This document shows, piece after piece, positions 17,083 through 26,481 of a DNA stretch of 64,000 nt (position 1 is the stretch's first letter; every line of letters starts with the position of its first letter). A program made the translations under genes and the position numbers. This stretch comes from Vicinamibacterales bacterium. GTDB lineage: Bacteria; Acidobacteriota; Vicinamibacteria; Vicinamibacterales; UBA8438. Under the pieces are notes generated by a model that saw only the letters and a program-made list of their open reading frames with translations, made no database searches and had not been told where the DNA came from. The stretch spans positions 6,463,972 through 6,527,971 of the forward strand of contig CBDBMZ010000003.1 of assembly GCA_965207615.1 (NCBI GenBank), written 5' to 3'.

Positions 17083-18708
17083 ATGTTCCGGAACGTGACG
17101 GGCAGCGTGTTCGCTAGTGGTCTCGCATTGGTCGTCGTCTGTCTTGCCGGCGCCGGAGCGGCGCCCGCGGTGGGCCAGGACGCCGGCGGGGTCGTGATCG
17201 TCGAGGGCGGGCAGCTCGCGGGGGCGCCGTCGCCGATCGGCGAGGAGGTCATGGTCTACCGGGGCGTGCCGTTCGCGGCGCCGCCGGTGGGCGATCTGCG
17301 CTGGCGTCCCCCCGAGCCGCCCGCCGCCTGGGAGGGTGTGCGCGACGCGACCGAGGCCGCCCCGGCGTGCATGCAGAACCCGCTGCCCGCCGCGGTGAGG
17401 ACGTTCTACGACGCGGGCGTCGACCGCATGGACGAGGACTGCCTCTACCTGAACGTCTGGACGGCGGCGGGGCCGGACGACCGCGCCCCGGTGCTGGTCT
17501 GGATCCACGGCGGCGGGCTGTCCATCGGCAACGGCGCCGACATCACCTACGACGGGACGAGGCTGGCGCAGCGCGGCGTGGTGCTGGTCACCATCAACTA
17601 CCGGCTCGGGGCGTTCGGCTATCTCGCCCACCCGCTGCTGAGCGCCGAGTCCGGGCACGGGGCGTCGGGCAACTACGGCCTCCTCGACCAGGTCGCGGCC
17701 CTCGGCTGGGTGCAGCGGAACATCGCGGCGTTCGGGGGCGACCCGTCGCGCGTCACCATCTTCGGCGAGTCGGCCGGTTCGTGGAGCGTCAACCAGTTGA
17801 TGGCGACGCCGCTCGCGCGCGGCCTCTTCCACGCCGCCATCGGCGAGAGCGGCGGCGGCTTCGGCCCGCGGGGCGGGGCCGCGCCCAGGGCCGAGATCGA
17901 GTCGGCCGGCGGGCGCTTCGTCGAGGCCCTGCTCGGCGACGAGGCGGCGCCGTCGCTCGAGGCGATGCGCGCCGCGAGCGCCGACGCGGTGCAGGGCGTG
18001 GCGCCCGACTTGGTCCGGTCGACGGCGAACGTCGACGGCTGGGTCTTCCCCGACACCGTCTACGACATCTTCGCGGCGGGGCGGCAGCACGACGTGCCGG
18101 TCATCGTCGGCTCGAACGCCGACGAGATGACGATGCTCGGCGGCGCGGCGGGGGCCGAGACCGTCGAGCAGTACCGCGAGACGATACGCAACGAGTACGG
18201 CGAGCACGCCGACGCGCTCCTCGCGACTTTCCCGGCCGCGACCGACGAGGAGGCGCGGCAGGCCCGGATGGCGAGCGGCACCGACGCCACCTTCGGCTGG
18301 GAGATGCGGACCTGGGCCCGCATGATGGAGACGGTCTCGTCGCCGGCCTATCTCTACTTCTTCAGCCGCGTGCCCCCGGCGCCCGACGCCGACCGCTACG
18401 GCGCGTACCACACGGCCGAGATCCCCTACGTGTTCGACAACTTCGGGGTCAGCCCCCACCCCTACGCCAACCGCGACTACAGCGACACCGACCGGCGGCT
18501 GTCCGACATCCTCGCCTCCTACTGGGTCAACATGGCCGCCAGCGGCGACCCGAACGGCGAGGGCCTGCCGGAGTGGCCCGCCTACGACCCCGAGGCCGAC
18601 GCCGCCCTCCACATCGGCGACACCATCACCGTCGAGCGGGGCATCCGCAAGGAGCGCCTCGACTTCTTCGACCGCTACTACGCGGCGCAGCGCGAGGGGG
18701 GCGAGTGA
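17083..18708 (+). CDS. Secreted carboxylesterase type B (para-nitrobenzyl esterase-like)
   Basis: GAGGTGA RBS and a signal peptide. EDCLYLNVW, VWIHGGG, FGESAGS nucleophile elbow, and a C-terminal YFDRYY-type tail. Confidence 0.9.
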   Translation: MFRNVTGSVFASGLALVVVCLAGAGAAPAVGQDAGGVVIVEGGQLAGAPSPIGEEVMVYRGVPFAAPPVGDLRWRPPEPPAAWEGVRDATEAAPACMQNPLPAAVRTFYDAGVDRMDEDCLYLNVWTAAGPDDRAPVLVWIHGGGLSIGNGADITYDGTRLAQRGVVLVTINYRLGAFGYLAHPLLSAESGHGASGNYGLLDQVAALGWVQRNIAAFGGDPSRVTIFGESAGSWSVNQLMATPLARGLFHAAIGESGGGFGPRGGAAPRAEIESAGGRFVEALLGDEAAPSLEAMRAASADAVQGVAPDLVRSTANVDGWVFPDTVYDIFAAGRQHDVPVIVGSNADEMTMLGGAAGAETVEQYRETIRNEYGEHADALLATFPAATDEEARQARMASGTDATFGWEMRTWARMMETVSSPAYLYFFSRVPPAPDADRYGAYHTAEIPYVFDNFGVSPHPYANRDYSDTDRRLSDILASYWVNMAASGDPNGEGLPEWPAYDPEADAALHIGDTITVERGIRKERLDFFDRYYAAQREGGE

Positions 18709-18779
18709 GGTCGCCGGCAGACGGATGAGCCGAAGGTTGCGGGCAGGGAGTGACGGAGGAGTGCGGGCCGCGCCGCCGG

Positions 18780-19073
18780 TCAGCGGCCCAGCTCGTCCTG
18801 AACTATCGACGGCCGCTTGTCGATCAGCGCGAGGAGCACGCGCGCCGGCCCCTCCGGGCGGCGGCGGCCCTGCTCCCAGTTCTTGAGCGTGCCCAACGCT
18901 ATGCCGATGCTCCGGGCAAAGGCCGGTTGCGAGAGCCCGGTCTTGCTTCGGATGGCGACGACGTCGGGACAGGGCACGTCGATCTCATGCACGGCGAATC
19001 CTGCACGGTCTCCCTTCAGGTACGCGCGGGCGTCGTCGAGCCCGGCCATGATCTTGTCGAATGCCTCGGTCAC
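18780..19073 (-). CDS. HigA-like XRE-family HTH antitoxin
   Basis: IRSKTGLSQPAFARSIGIALGTLKNWEQGRRRPEGPARVLLALI is the typical antitoxin HTH. The GTG start overlaps the TGA of a short upstream reading frame. Confidence 0.75.
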   Translation of the reverse strand: MTEAFDKIMAGLDDARAYLKGDRAGFAVHEIDVPCPDVVAIRSKTGLSQPAFARSIGIALGTLKNWEQGRRRPEGPARVLLALIDKRPSIVQDELGR

Positions 19074-19193
19074 GACTTTCTCCCGTATTCCGCTGCGAGC
19101 TCCTTGGCCGCGGCAATCATCGCCGTCCGCTCGAATACAGTCGACGCTTGTTCAAGGTTCCCGCCGACCCTGACCGCCGCAACCGGACCGAGC

Positions 19194-20105
19194 TCACCGC
19201 AGCTTCTCGTCGAAGAACGCCAGCACGCGCGAGCGGTACAGCTCGGGGGCGGCCGACCAGACGCGGTCGTGGCTCGCCCCCGGGAAGATCCAGAGGTCCC
19301 AGACGGCTGGGCCGGCCGCGGCGGCGATGCGGCGGGCGTGGTCGACGGGGATCAGCCGGTCCGCCTCGGCGTGGATGACGAACAGCGAGCGGGGCGGCAG
19401 GCCCGCGACCGCCTCCACCGGGTTGAGCACCCGCGTGTCGAGGCCGAACAGCTCCCGGCCGAAGTAGAGGATGGCGGGGTTGAAGAAGCCGGGCAGGCCG
19501 CTCTCTCTCGGCAGCTCCCGCGCCAGCAGGTCCTCGAGGCGGGCGAAGCTGCTGTCGGCGACGATGGTGCGGACGTCCGGCGAGGCGCCGGCCGCGAGGA
19601 GCACGGTGGCCGCCCCCATCGAGTGCGCCCAGAACCCCAGTCGGTCAGCGGCGAACCCGCGGCTCTCGAGATACGCGACGGCCCCCAGCACGTCCCCCTG
19701 CTCGTCCGCGCCCAGCGTGTAGCGCGTGCCGTCGGACAGCCCGTGGGCGCGGAAGTCGAACAGCAGCACGTTGTAGCCGCCGTCGACGAGGGCGGCCGCC
19801 TGCGCCACGAGCTCGCCGTTGTCGCCGGTGCGGGACGAGCTGCGGCCGTGGACGACGAGCACGGCGCGGTAGCTGCCTTCCGCCGGCAGGAACCAGCCCC
19901 GCAGGGTCGTGTCGTCGACCGTGCTGGAGAAGGTCACGTCCTCGTGGGCCAGGCCGAGGGCGGCCGGCGACGAGGCCAGGGGGCGGCGGTACGGCTTGGT
20001 CAGCCGGTCGGCGACGACCATCGACACAGCGATGTAGCTGGCGATGACGACGGCCATGCCCACCGACAGACCGACCACGAGGCGGGCCGCGCGGGTTCTC
20101 ACCAT
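19194..20105 (-). CDS. Membrane-anchored alpha/beta hydrolase
   Basis: N-terminal TM helix, HGRSSSR oxyanion region, GFWAHSMGA nucleophile elbow, C-terminal GASHD. Confidence 0.8.
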   Translation of the reverse strand: MVRTRAARLVVGLSVGMAVVIASYIAVSMVVADRLTKPYRRPLASSPAALGLAHEDVTFSSTVDDTTLRGWFLPAEGSYRAVLVVHGRSSSRTGDNGELVAQAAALVDGGYNVLLFDFRAHGLSDGTRYTLGADEQGDVLGAVAYLESRGFAADRLGFWAHSMGAATVLLAAGASPDVRTIVADSSFARLEDLLARELPRESGLPGFFNPAILYFGRELFGLDTRVLNPVEAVAGLPPRSLFVIHAEADRLIPVDHARRIAAAAGPAVWDLWIFPGASHDRVWSAAPELYRSRVLAFFDEKLR

Positions 20106-20232
20106 CGAAGCGGATTCTAGCGGACGCTGTGGTCATCCATCGTCGGGACTTTCCCAGACGTCTCTGCGGCGCGACGACGGGGCCGTGGCCCGGGAGGGGA
20201 GCGAAGGTCATCGACGGATGCGCATTCTCTTC

Positions 20233-20262
20233 TTGACAGGCCACGGGTCCCGGCCCCATATT
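20233..20262 (+). promoter_or_regulatory. Putative sigma-70-type promoter of padR (would give a leaderless or near-leaderless mRNA)
   Basis: TTGACA (20233-20238), an 18-nt spacer, then CATATT (20257-20262). The GTG/ATG of padR are at 20268/20271. Confidence 0.35.
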
Positions 20263-20267
20263 CCTGT

Positions 20268-20621
20268 GTGATGACCATAGGAGAGGGGCGGACCGACGTG
20301 CTCCAGGGCACGCTGGACCTGATGGTGCTGAAGACGCTCGACGTCATGGGGCCGCAGCATGGCTACGGCATCGCCCGGCGCATCGAGCAGGTCAGCGACG
20401 ACCTGCTCCACCTGAACGAGGGCACGGTGTACGCGTCGCTCCTGCGGCTGCGGCAGCAGGGCTGGATCGAGGCGAGCTGGGGGCGCTCGGAGAACAACCG
20501 GCGCGCCCGGTTCTACGCCATCACGGCGGCGGGCCGGCGGCGGCTCGCGGCCCAGACGGAAGACTGGGAGCGCATCGCCGGGGTCATGGCGCGCCTCCTG
20601 CGGCTGTCTCCGGACCCATGA
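20268..20621 (+). CDS. PadR family transcriptional regulator
   Basis: LDLMVLKTLDVMGPQHGYGIARRIEQVSDDLLHLNEGTVYASLLRLRQQGWIEASWG...RRARFYAITAAGRRRL. 4-nt overlap with the next gene. Confidence 0.9.
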   Translation: MMTIGEGRTDVLQGTLDLMVLKTLDVMGPQHGYGIARRIEQVSDDLLHLNEGTVYASLLRLRQQGWIEASWGRSENNRRARFYAITAAGRRRLAAQTEDWERIAGVMARLLRLSPDP

Positions 20622-21962
20622 GCCCGTGGCGAGCCGTCGTCGCGTTCGTGTCGCGCCTGCGGGACCTGCGCGGGCGACGCCGCCTCGCGCGGGAGGCGGA
20701 GCAGGAGATCGAGATGCATCTCGACCTGCTCGCCAAGCGGTACGTTCGCGCCGGCCAGCCCCCGGCCGAAGCACGCCGGCTGGCCCGCGCGAAGTTCGGC
20801 GGAGTCGCGCAGGTCCGGGAATCGCTCAGGGACCAGGCGGGGTTCCCGATGCTCGAGTCGATTCTGCACGACGTCCGGTACGCGGCGCGCTCCCTGGTCC
20901 GGCAGCCGGGGGTGACGGCCCTGACGGTAGGCATCCTCGCCCTGGGTCTGGGCCTGAACGCCGCGGTGCTGGCCGTCGCCTACGGCGCCCTGTGGCGCCC
21001 GCTGCCGTACCCGGCCGCGGACCGGCTGGTCACGGTGGCCCAAGTGCATCTGGAACACGGCAGGGAATCCGCGGTATGGCTCGACCGCGTCGACGAATGG
21101 AACCGCCGTCTCAGGACGGTCCGGGTGGCGAGCTACCACACGCGGGAACGCGTGCTCCGCGGCGCCGGGCCGATCCGCGTCACGGAGGTGGCCACCGTCA
21201 GCGATGGTTTCTTCGCGGTCGTCGGCGTGCCGGCGGTCGAGGGCGCGGTGCCGCGCCTCGCGGGCGGCGACGGCCGGGCCGTGGTGAGCGCGGCACTGGC
21301 CCGCGCCGTCGAGGACGAGACGGGCCGACCCGCCGTCGGTCAGGCGGTGGCGCCGCGAGCCCCGCGTACTTCATGTCGTCGACGACGGCGATGACCGGCG
21401 ACTCACGTGCGATGTCGAGAGCATCGATGTCGCCGTACCACATCGGACGGCCGATCGGGTCCCTGTTCGGGTGGATGAATCGCGCCGCGGTCTCGCTACC
21501 CTGAACCCGTCGCTGCCCGCCCCGGACGTGCGGTCCCTGGAGGACCACGTCGCGGGCTCGATCGCCGAACGGCGGCTGCGCGCCCTGCCGGCGGCGGGCT
21601 TCGCGGCCCTCGCGCTGGCGGTCGCGATGGTCGGCCTCTTCGGCGCCCTGGCCCGGGCCGTCGCCGAGCGCCGGCAGGAGCTGGCCATCCGCGCCGCCGT
21701 CGGAGCGTCGCCCGGCCGGCTCGTTCGGCTCGTCCTGCGGAACGCCGTCGCCGTCACCGGGGCGGGGCTGGCGGCGGGGCTGCCGGCGGCGGCCGCGACC
21801 GGCCGCGGTCTCGCCTCGCTGCTCTACGGCGTCGGTCCCTACGACGCGGCCACGTTCGCGGCGGTCGCCGCCGGCGTCGTCCTTACCGCGCTGGCCGCGT
21901 CGGCGATTCCGGCGCGCCGGGCCGCCCGGCTCGACCCTGTGGTCGCCCTGCGGGCGGATTAG
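20618..21962 (+). pseudogene. ADOP-type FtsX permease #1, internally deleted with an inverted internal segment
   Basis: N-terminus (EQEIEMHLDLLAKRYVRAGQPPAEARRLARAKFGG..., TM1) runs to ~21,350. Segment 21,352-21,505 reads on the minus strand: ETAARFIHPNRDPIGRPMWYG...VIAVVDDMKYAGL. The C-terminal FtsX helices (RRQELAIRAAVGASPGRL...LDPVVALRAD) resume in another frame from ~21,505. Confidence 0.65.
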
Positions 21963-22045
21963 CAGTCTGCGCCCGTGGAACGGCGCGGACTCCAGGAGGG
22001 TCGGTTGGGCGCCAAGGGGGCCGAGGGCGACGATTGCGGGCCAGG
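21961..22045 (+). repeat. Hairpin-containing intergenic repeat, copy A
   Basis: AGCAGTCTGCGCCCGTGGAACGGCGCGGACTCCAGGAGGGTCGGTTGGGCGCCAAGGGGGCCGAGGGCGACGATTGCGGGCCAGG. It starts at the TAG stop of the preceding gene. Confidence 0.8.
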
Positions 22046-22310
22046 TAACGCCGAGCGTGCCGGCAAGGGCCGACGCGCTCGGACAGGTGTTGGAGCGGAC
22101 GGACGCGTCAATGCTCGATTATCGACTTGGGTGGGGACCCTTGGGTCTGCCGATTCCGAGGGTCCTCGACCTCACTTCGTTGAACGGGTGGACCTCGCTC
22201 GCATCCCGCCCTGCGCAAGTTGCGCCGTAGGCCGGATAGCGCGGGGTGGCGATTGGTCCGCGGGCTGTCGCGGGCCTTCCCGACCTCCCGCGGACTGACG
22301 GAGACCGGTC

Positions 22311-23557
22311 ATGCTTCTCGAGCGATGGCGGTGCGCATGGCGGGTCCGGCTGGGGATGCTCTTCGACCGGCGTCGTGCCGACCGAGAGTTGGAGGAGGAG
22401 CTGCGGCACCACGTCGCGCTTGCGACGGAGGCCCGCCGGGCGCGGGGAGTCCCGCCGGCCGAGGCGCGACGGCAGGCGCTGGTGAGCCTCGGGGGTCTCG
22501 AGTCGGCCCGGAACCACGTTCGCGACGCGCGGTTCGCCGCGGCCCTCATGACGAGCTGGCAGGATCTCCGCTTCGCGGCTCGCGGGCTCGTTCGCCGACC
22601 GCTAGCCTCGGCGGTTGCCGTCGGCACGCTGAGCCTCGGCCTCGCGTCGGTGACGGCGCTGTTCGCGGTCGTCGATGCGGTGATTCTCCAGCCGATTGGC
22701 AACGACGACTCCCGACTGGTCCGGATATGGAAGGACGACGTCGAACGGGGCGGCGGGCTCCTGTTTCCGATCCCGATCGTGCGCGGACGCGCCTTCGCGC
22801 GCACCGACACCGCCGATGCGCAGCGCGTGGCGATCGTGAGCGAGAGCGCCGCCGCGCGCTACTGGCCTGGCGAGGAGCCGGTCGGCAAACGGGTCCGCCT
22901 CGGCCCGCGATTCGAGTGGACGACGGTGGTGGGGGTCGCGGCCGACCTGAGGTACCGCGAGCTCACCAGCAACTGGATGACGGTCTACTATCCGGCCGCG
23001 CAGTCGTTCCACTTCCAGCCCGGCAACCTCGCGATTCGCACCGGGCCGCCGCCGTCGACGCTGTTGTCGGCCGTCCGCGGCGCGATTCAGGCCATCGAGC
23101 CGGCGATACCGATGGAGACGCTGACGCCGATGGACGAGCTGCTCGCCGTGGAGCTCGCCCGGCCACGACTCGCGATGCGGATCTCGATCGCCTTCGGACT
23201 GGTGACGCTCGCGCTGATCGCGGTGGGCCTGTTCGGAACGGGTCGTTCGACGCCGGGCAGCGGCGGGTCGAGATGGCGATACGCTCGGCGCTGGGAGCGA
23301 GCCCGCGCGCGCTGCGGCGTCTCGTCGCGGGGCGGGGGCTGCGGATCGCGGCGGCTGGCGTCATCGCGGGCCTCGTGGCGACCGCCTTGGGAACGCGCGC
23401 GCTGGCCGCGGTGCTTTTCGGCGTCGCCCCGCTCGATCCGGTCACGCTGGCGACGGTCTCGGGCGGGCTGGCGCTCCTGGCCGTCGTGGCCAGCTGGCTT
23501 CCCGCCCAGCGGGCGGCGTCCACCGACCCCGCGGAGGCGCTCCGAAGTTGCGAATGA
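22311..23557 (+). CDS. FtsX/MacB-type permease #2 with ADOP-like N-terminus (apparent frameshift at ~23,240)
   Basis: ELEEELRHHVALATEARRARGVPPAEARRQALVSLGG; VAIVSESAAARYWPGEEPVGKRV; TVVGVAADLRY. After the G run the frame of the 22220..23557 ORF continues: SFDAGQRRVEMAIRSALGASPRAL...STDPAEALRSCE*. Confidence 0.65.
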
Positions 23558-23562
23558 GACCC

Positions 23563-26222
23563 ATGAGCCCGTGGCGAGCTGTCGTCGCGTTCGTGTTGCG
23601 CCTGCGGGACCTGTGCGCGCGCCGCCGCCTCGCGCGGGAGGCGGAGCAGGAGATCGAGTTGCACCTCGACCTGCTCGCCGCGCGGTATGTCCGCGCGGGG
23701 AACGCTCCCGCGGAGGCGCGCCGGCTGGCCCGCGCGAAGTTCGGCGGGGTCGCGCAGATTCGCGAGTCGCTCCGGGACCAGGCGGGCTTCCGAGGCTCGA
23801 GTCGTGGGTTCGCGACGTGCGGCACGCGTCGCGGGGACTGCTGAGGGACCCGGGCTTCAGCCTGGTCGTCGTCCTGACCCTGGGGGTCGGGGTGGGCGCG
23901 AACGCGGCGGTCTTCAGCTTCGTCGACGCGGTGCTGCTGCAGCCGCTGCCCTACGTCGAGGCAGGCCGGCTGGCGGCGGTCCAGGAGACCAGTCCTCCCG
24001 CGCCCTTCCTGGTCACGCCGGGCGACTACGTCGACTGGAGGGAGCGCAACGAGGTCTTCGAGACGCTGTCCGGGTACCTGTACAGCGTGGCGGGGCTGAC
24101 CACGCCGACCGGCGACGCCGAGCTGCTGTACACCGTCGCGGTGTCGGCCGACTTCTTTCGGACCCTCCGCGCGCGGCCCCTCCTGGGGCGGACGTTCCTG
24201 CCCGACGAGGACCGGCCGGGCCGCGACGAGGTAGCGGTGATCGGTCACGGCCTCTGGACGCGCCGGTTCGGGGGAGAGCCGGACATCGTCGGGCGCGAGA
24301 TCGCCTTGGACGGGCGCCCGTTCACCGTAATCGGCGTGATGCCGCCGGAGTTCGAGTTTCCCCCCGGGGGCCGCGACGTGTGGACCCCGCTGGTGCTTAC
24401 CGAGGCGGACCGGAACGACCGGCGGAATCACAGCGTGGTGACGGTGGGCCGGCTCCGGGCCGGGGTGACCCTCGAGCGGGCGCGCGCCGCGATGGCGGCG
24501 CTCGGCGACCGCCTCGCGGCGGCCCATCCCCGGACCAACACCGGCCGCGGCGTCGAGGTCGTCGAGCTTCGGCACCAGCAACGCGGGGTGACGGGTCCGT
24601 TTCTCCTCCTCGGCCAGATCGCGGCCGTGCTCGTGCTGCTCGTCGCGTGCGCCAACGTGTCGAACCTGCAGTTGGGCCGCATGACCTCCCGGGCCCGCGA
24701 GATGACGGTCCGCGCCGCGCTGGGCGCCGGGCGATGGCGCATCGGGCGGCTGGTCGCGGTCGAGTCCCTGCTGCTGGCGCTCGCCGGCGGCGGCATCGGC
24801 ATCGGCGTCGCGGCGTGGGGCGTCGGGGTGCTCAAGGACAGCATCTCGCCCGAGATGGCGCGGTGGATCCAGGGCTTCCGCGACATCGGCGTCGACTGGC
24901 CGGTCCTCGCCTTCTCGCTCGCGGTGGCGGCCGTCGCCGGTGTCGTGTTCGGCCTGGCCGCGGCGTCCGCGGCGTGGCGGCCCGCGGTGATGGACGCGCT
25001 CCGGGAAGGGGCCCCGACCGGCACCGCCCGACGGGCTGCGCTACGGCGCGTCCTCGTTGCCGCGGAGGTGGCGCTGGCCGTCGTGATCACCGTCTCGGCG
25101 GGGCAGGCGGTGCAGGGCTTCCGCGCGCTCCACGCGGGCTCGCGGGGCTTCTCTCCGCAGGGCGTCGGGACGATGCTCATCCGGCCGCCGGATGCGCGGG
25201 TCGAGGACTCGCGCCGGGTCATCGAGTTCTACGACGACGTGCTGGCGCGGGCGTCGGCCGTCCCCGGCGTCGAGAGCGCGGGCCTTGTCTCCCAACTGCC
25301 GGCCAGCCTCAGGCACGGTCCGACCGTCGAGCTCCGGATCGAGGGGCGGCCCGAGTCCGCACCCGGCGAGACCCCGCTGGCCGACGTGCTCGTCGCGAGC
25401 GGCGGCTACTTTCGCACGGCGGGCATTCCGCTCCTCGACGGGCGCCCGTTCGACGCGCGGGACGAGGCCGGGGAGGACGGCGGCTTCGCGGTCGTGATCG
25501 GCGAGCGCCTGGCCCGGCGGTACTGGCCTGACGGAAACGCGCTGGGGAAACGGCTGCAGGTGCCCGCCATCGCGGCCGGCGGGGCGTGGGCGAGCGTGGT
25601 CGGTGTCGTGGGAGACGTCCGACAGAACTGGTTCGAGTCCGAGCGCCCTTTCCTGTACCTGTCGGCCGGTCAGGTCGCGAACCGCCAGATGTACCTGACG
25701 GTCCGCGGACGGGGAACCGTGGAGCGCCTGCTGTCCGATACCGCCCTCGCCCTCAGGCGCATGGACCCCGCCCTGCCCATCTTCGAGGGAAGGCCGCTGA
25801 GCGTCGCGGTCGATACGGGGGTGGCGGGGGTTCGGGAGGTGGCCGCCGTCATGGGCGTGTTCGGTGTGCTGGCGCTACTGCTGTCGGCCATCGGTGTCTA
25901 CGGCGTGATGGCGTACTCCGTGGGTCAGCGCGAGCGGGAGCTCGGCATCCGCATGGCGCTGGGCGCCGCGCCCCGCGCAGTGCTCGGCGCGGTCGTGAGG
26001 CAGGGCCTGGGAACGGCGGCCGTCGGCCTCTGCATCGGCGTTCTCGTGGCGATGGCCACCACCCGCCTGTTCGCCGGCCTGCTGTTCGGGACCAGCGCCG
26101 ACAGCGCGGCCGTCACCGCCGTGGTGACGGCGCTGGTCTTCGCGACCGTGCTCGTGGCCTGCTGGCTGCCCGCCCGGCTCGCGGTGCGCGTCGATCCCGT
26201 GCGGGCCCTCCGGGCCGACTAG
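23563..26222 (+). CDS. ADOP-type duplicated FtsX permease #3 (full length; apparent 1-nt deletion at ~23,790)
   Basis: MSPWRAVVAFVLRLRDL...RESLRDQAGF is near-identical to #1. It then shifts into the frame of the 22311..26222 ORF. There are two MacB-like periplasmic domains and two FtsX helix bundles (LLVACANVSNL; GIRMALGAAPRAV); it ends VDPVRALRAD*. Confidence 0.75.
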
Positions 26223-26270
26223 ACTGGACGCGAAGCCGCTGACGACCTCGCCGGCCCCGGCCCCGTGATG

Positions 26271-26400
26271 CCGATCGAGACCGCCGCGCGACTCGTCTAC
26301 CCGGACGAGGACGCGGTCGGCCGTCCGATGTACTACGGCGACGTGCCCGCGCCCGGCATCGCGCGTCGCGCGCCGATCGCGATGGAGTTGCCCGATCCCA
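26271..26400 (+). pseudogene. Isolated fragment homologous to the inverted segment in permease #1
   Basis: IETAARLVYPDEDAVGRPMYYGDVPAPGIARRAPIA is alignable at the DNA level (by eye) to the reverse complement of ~21,380-21,500. Confidence 0.5.
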
Positions 26401-26481
26401 CTCGGGTGCAGTCCTTTTCCGTTTGCGCGCCTGACACCCGGCAGGGATCCGTCACCATCCTGACCGCCAGACCCGGATCAC

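Noticed and set aside
22311-26222. A single 1303-aa ORF spanning the permease array
   Set aside because: Only its first ~310 aa and last ~810 aa are permease-like. The middle is out-of-frame read-through of gene #2's 3' end and gene #3's 5' end. It is better explained as two genes with frame changes.
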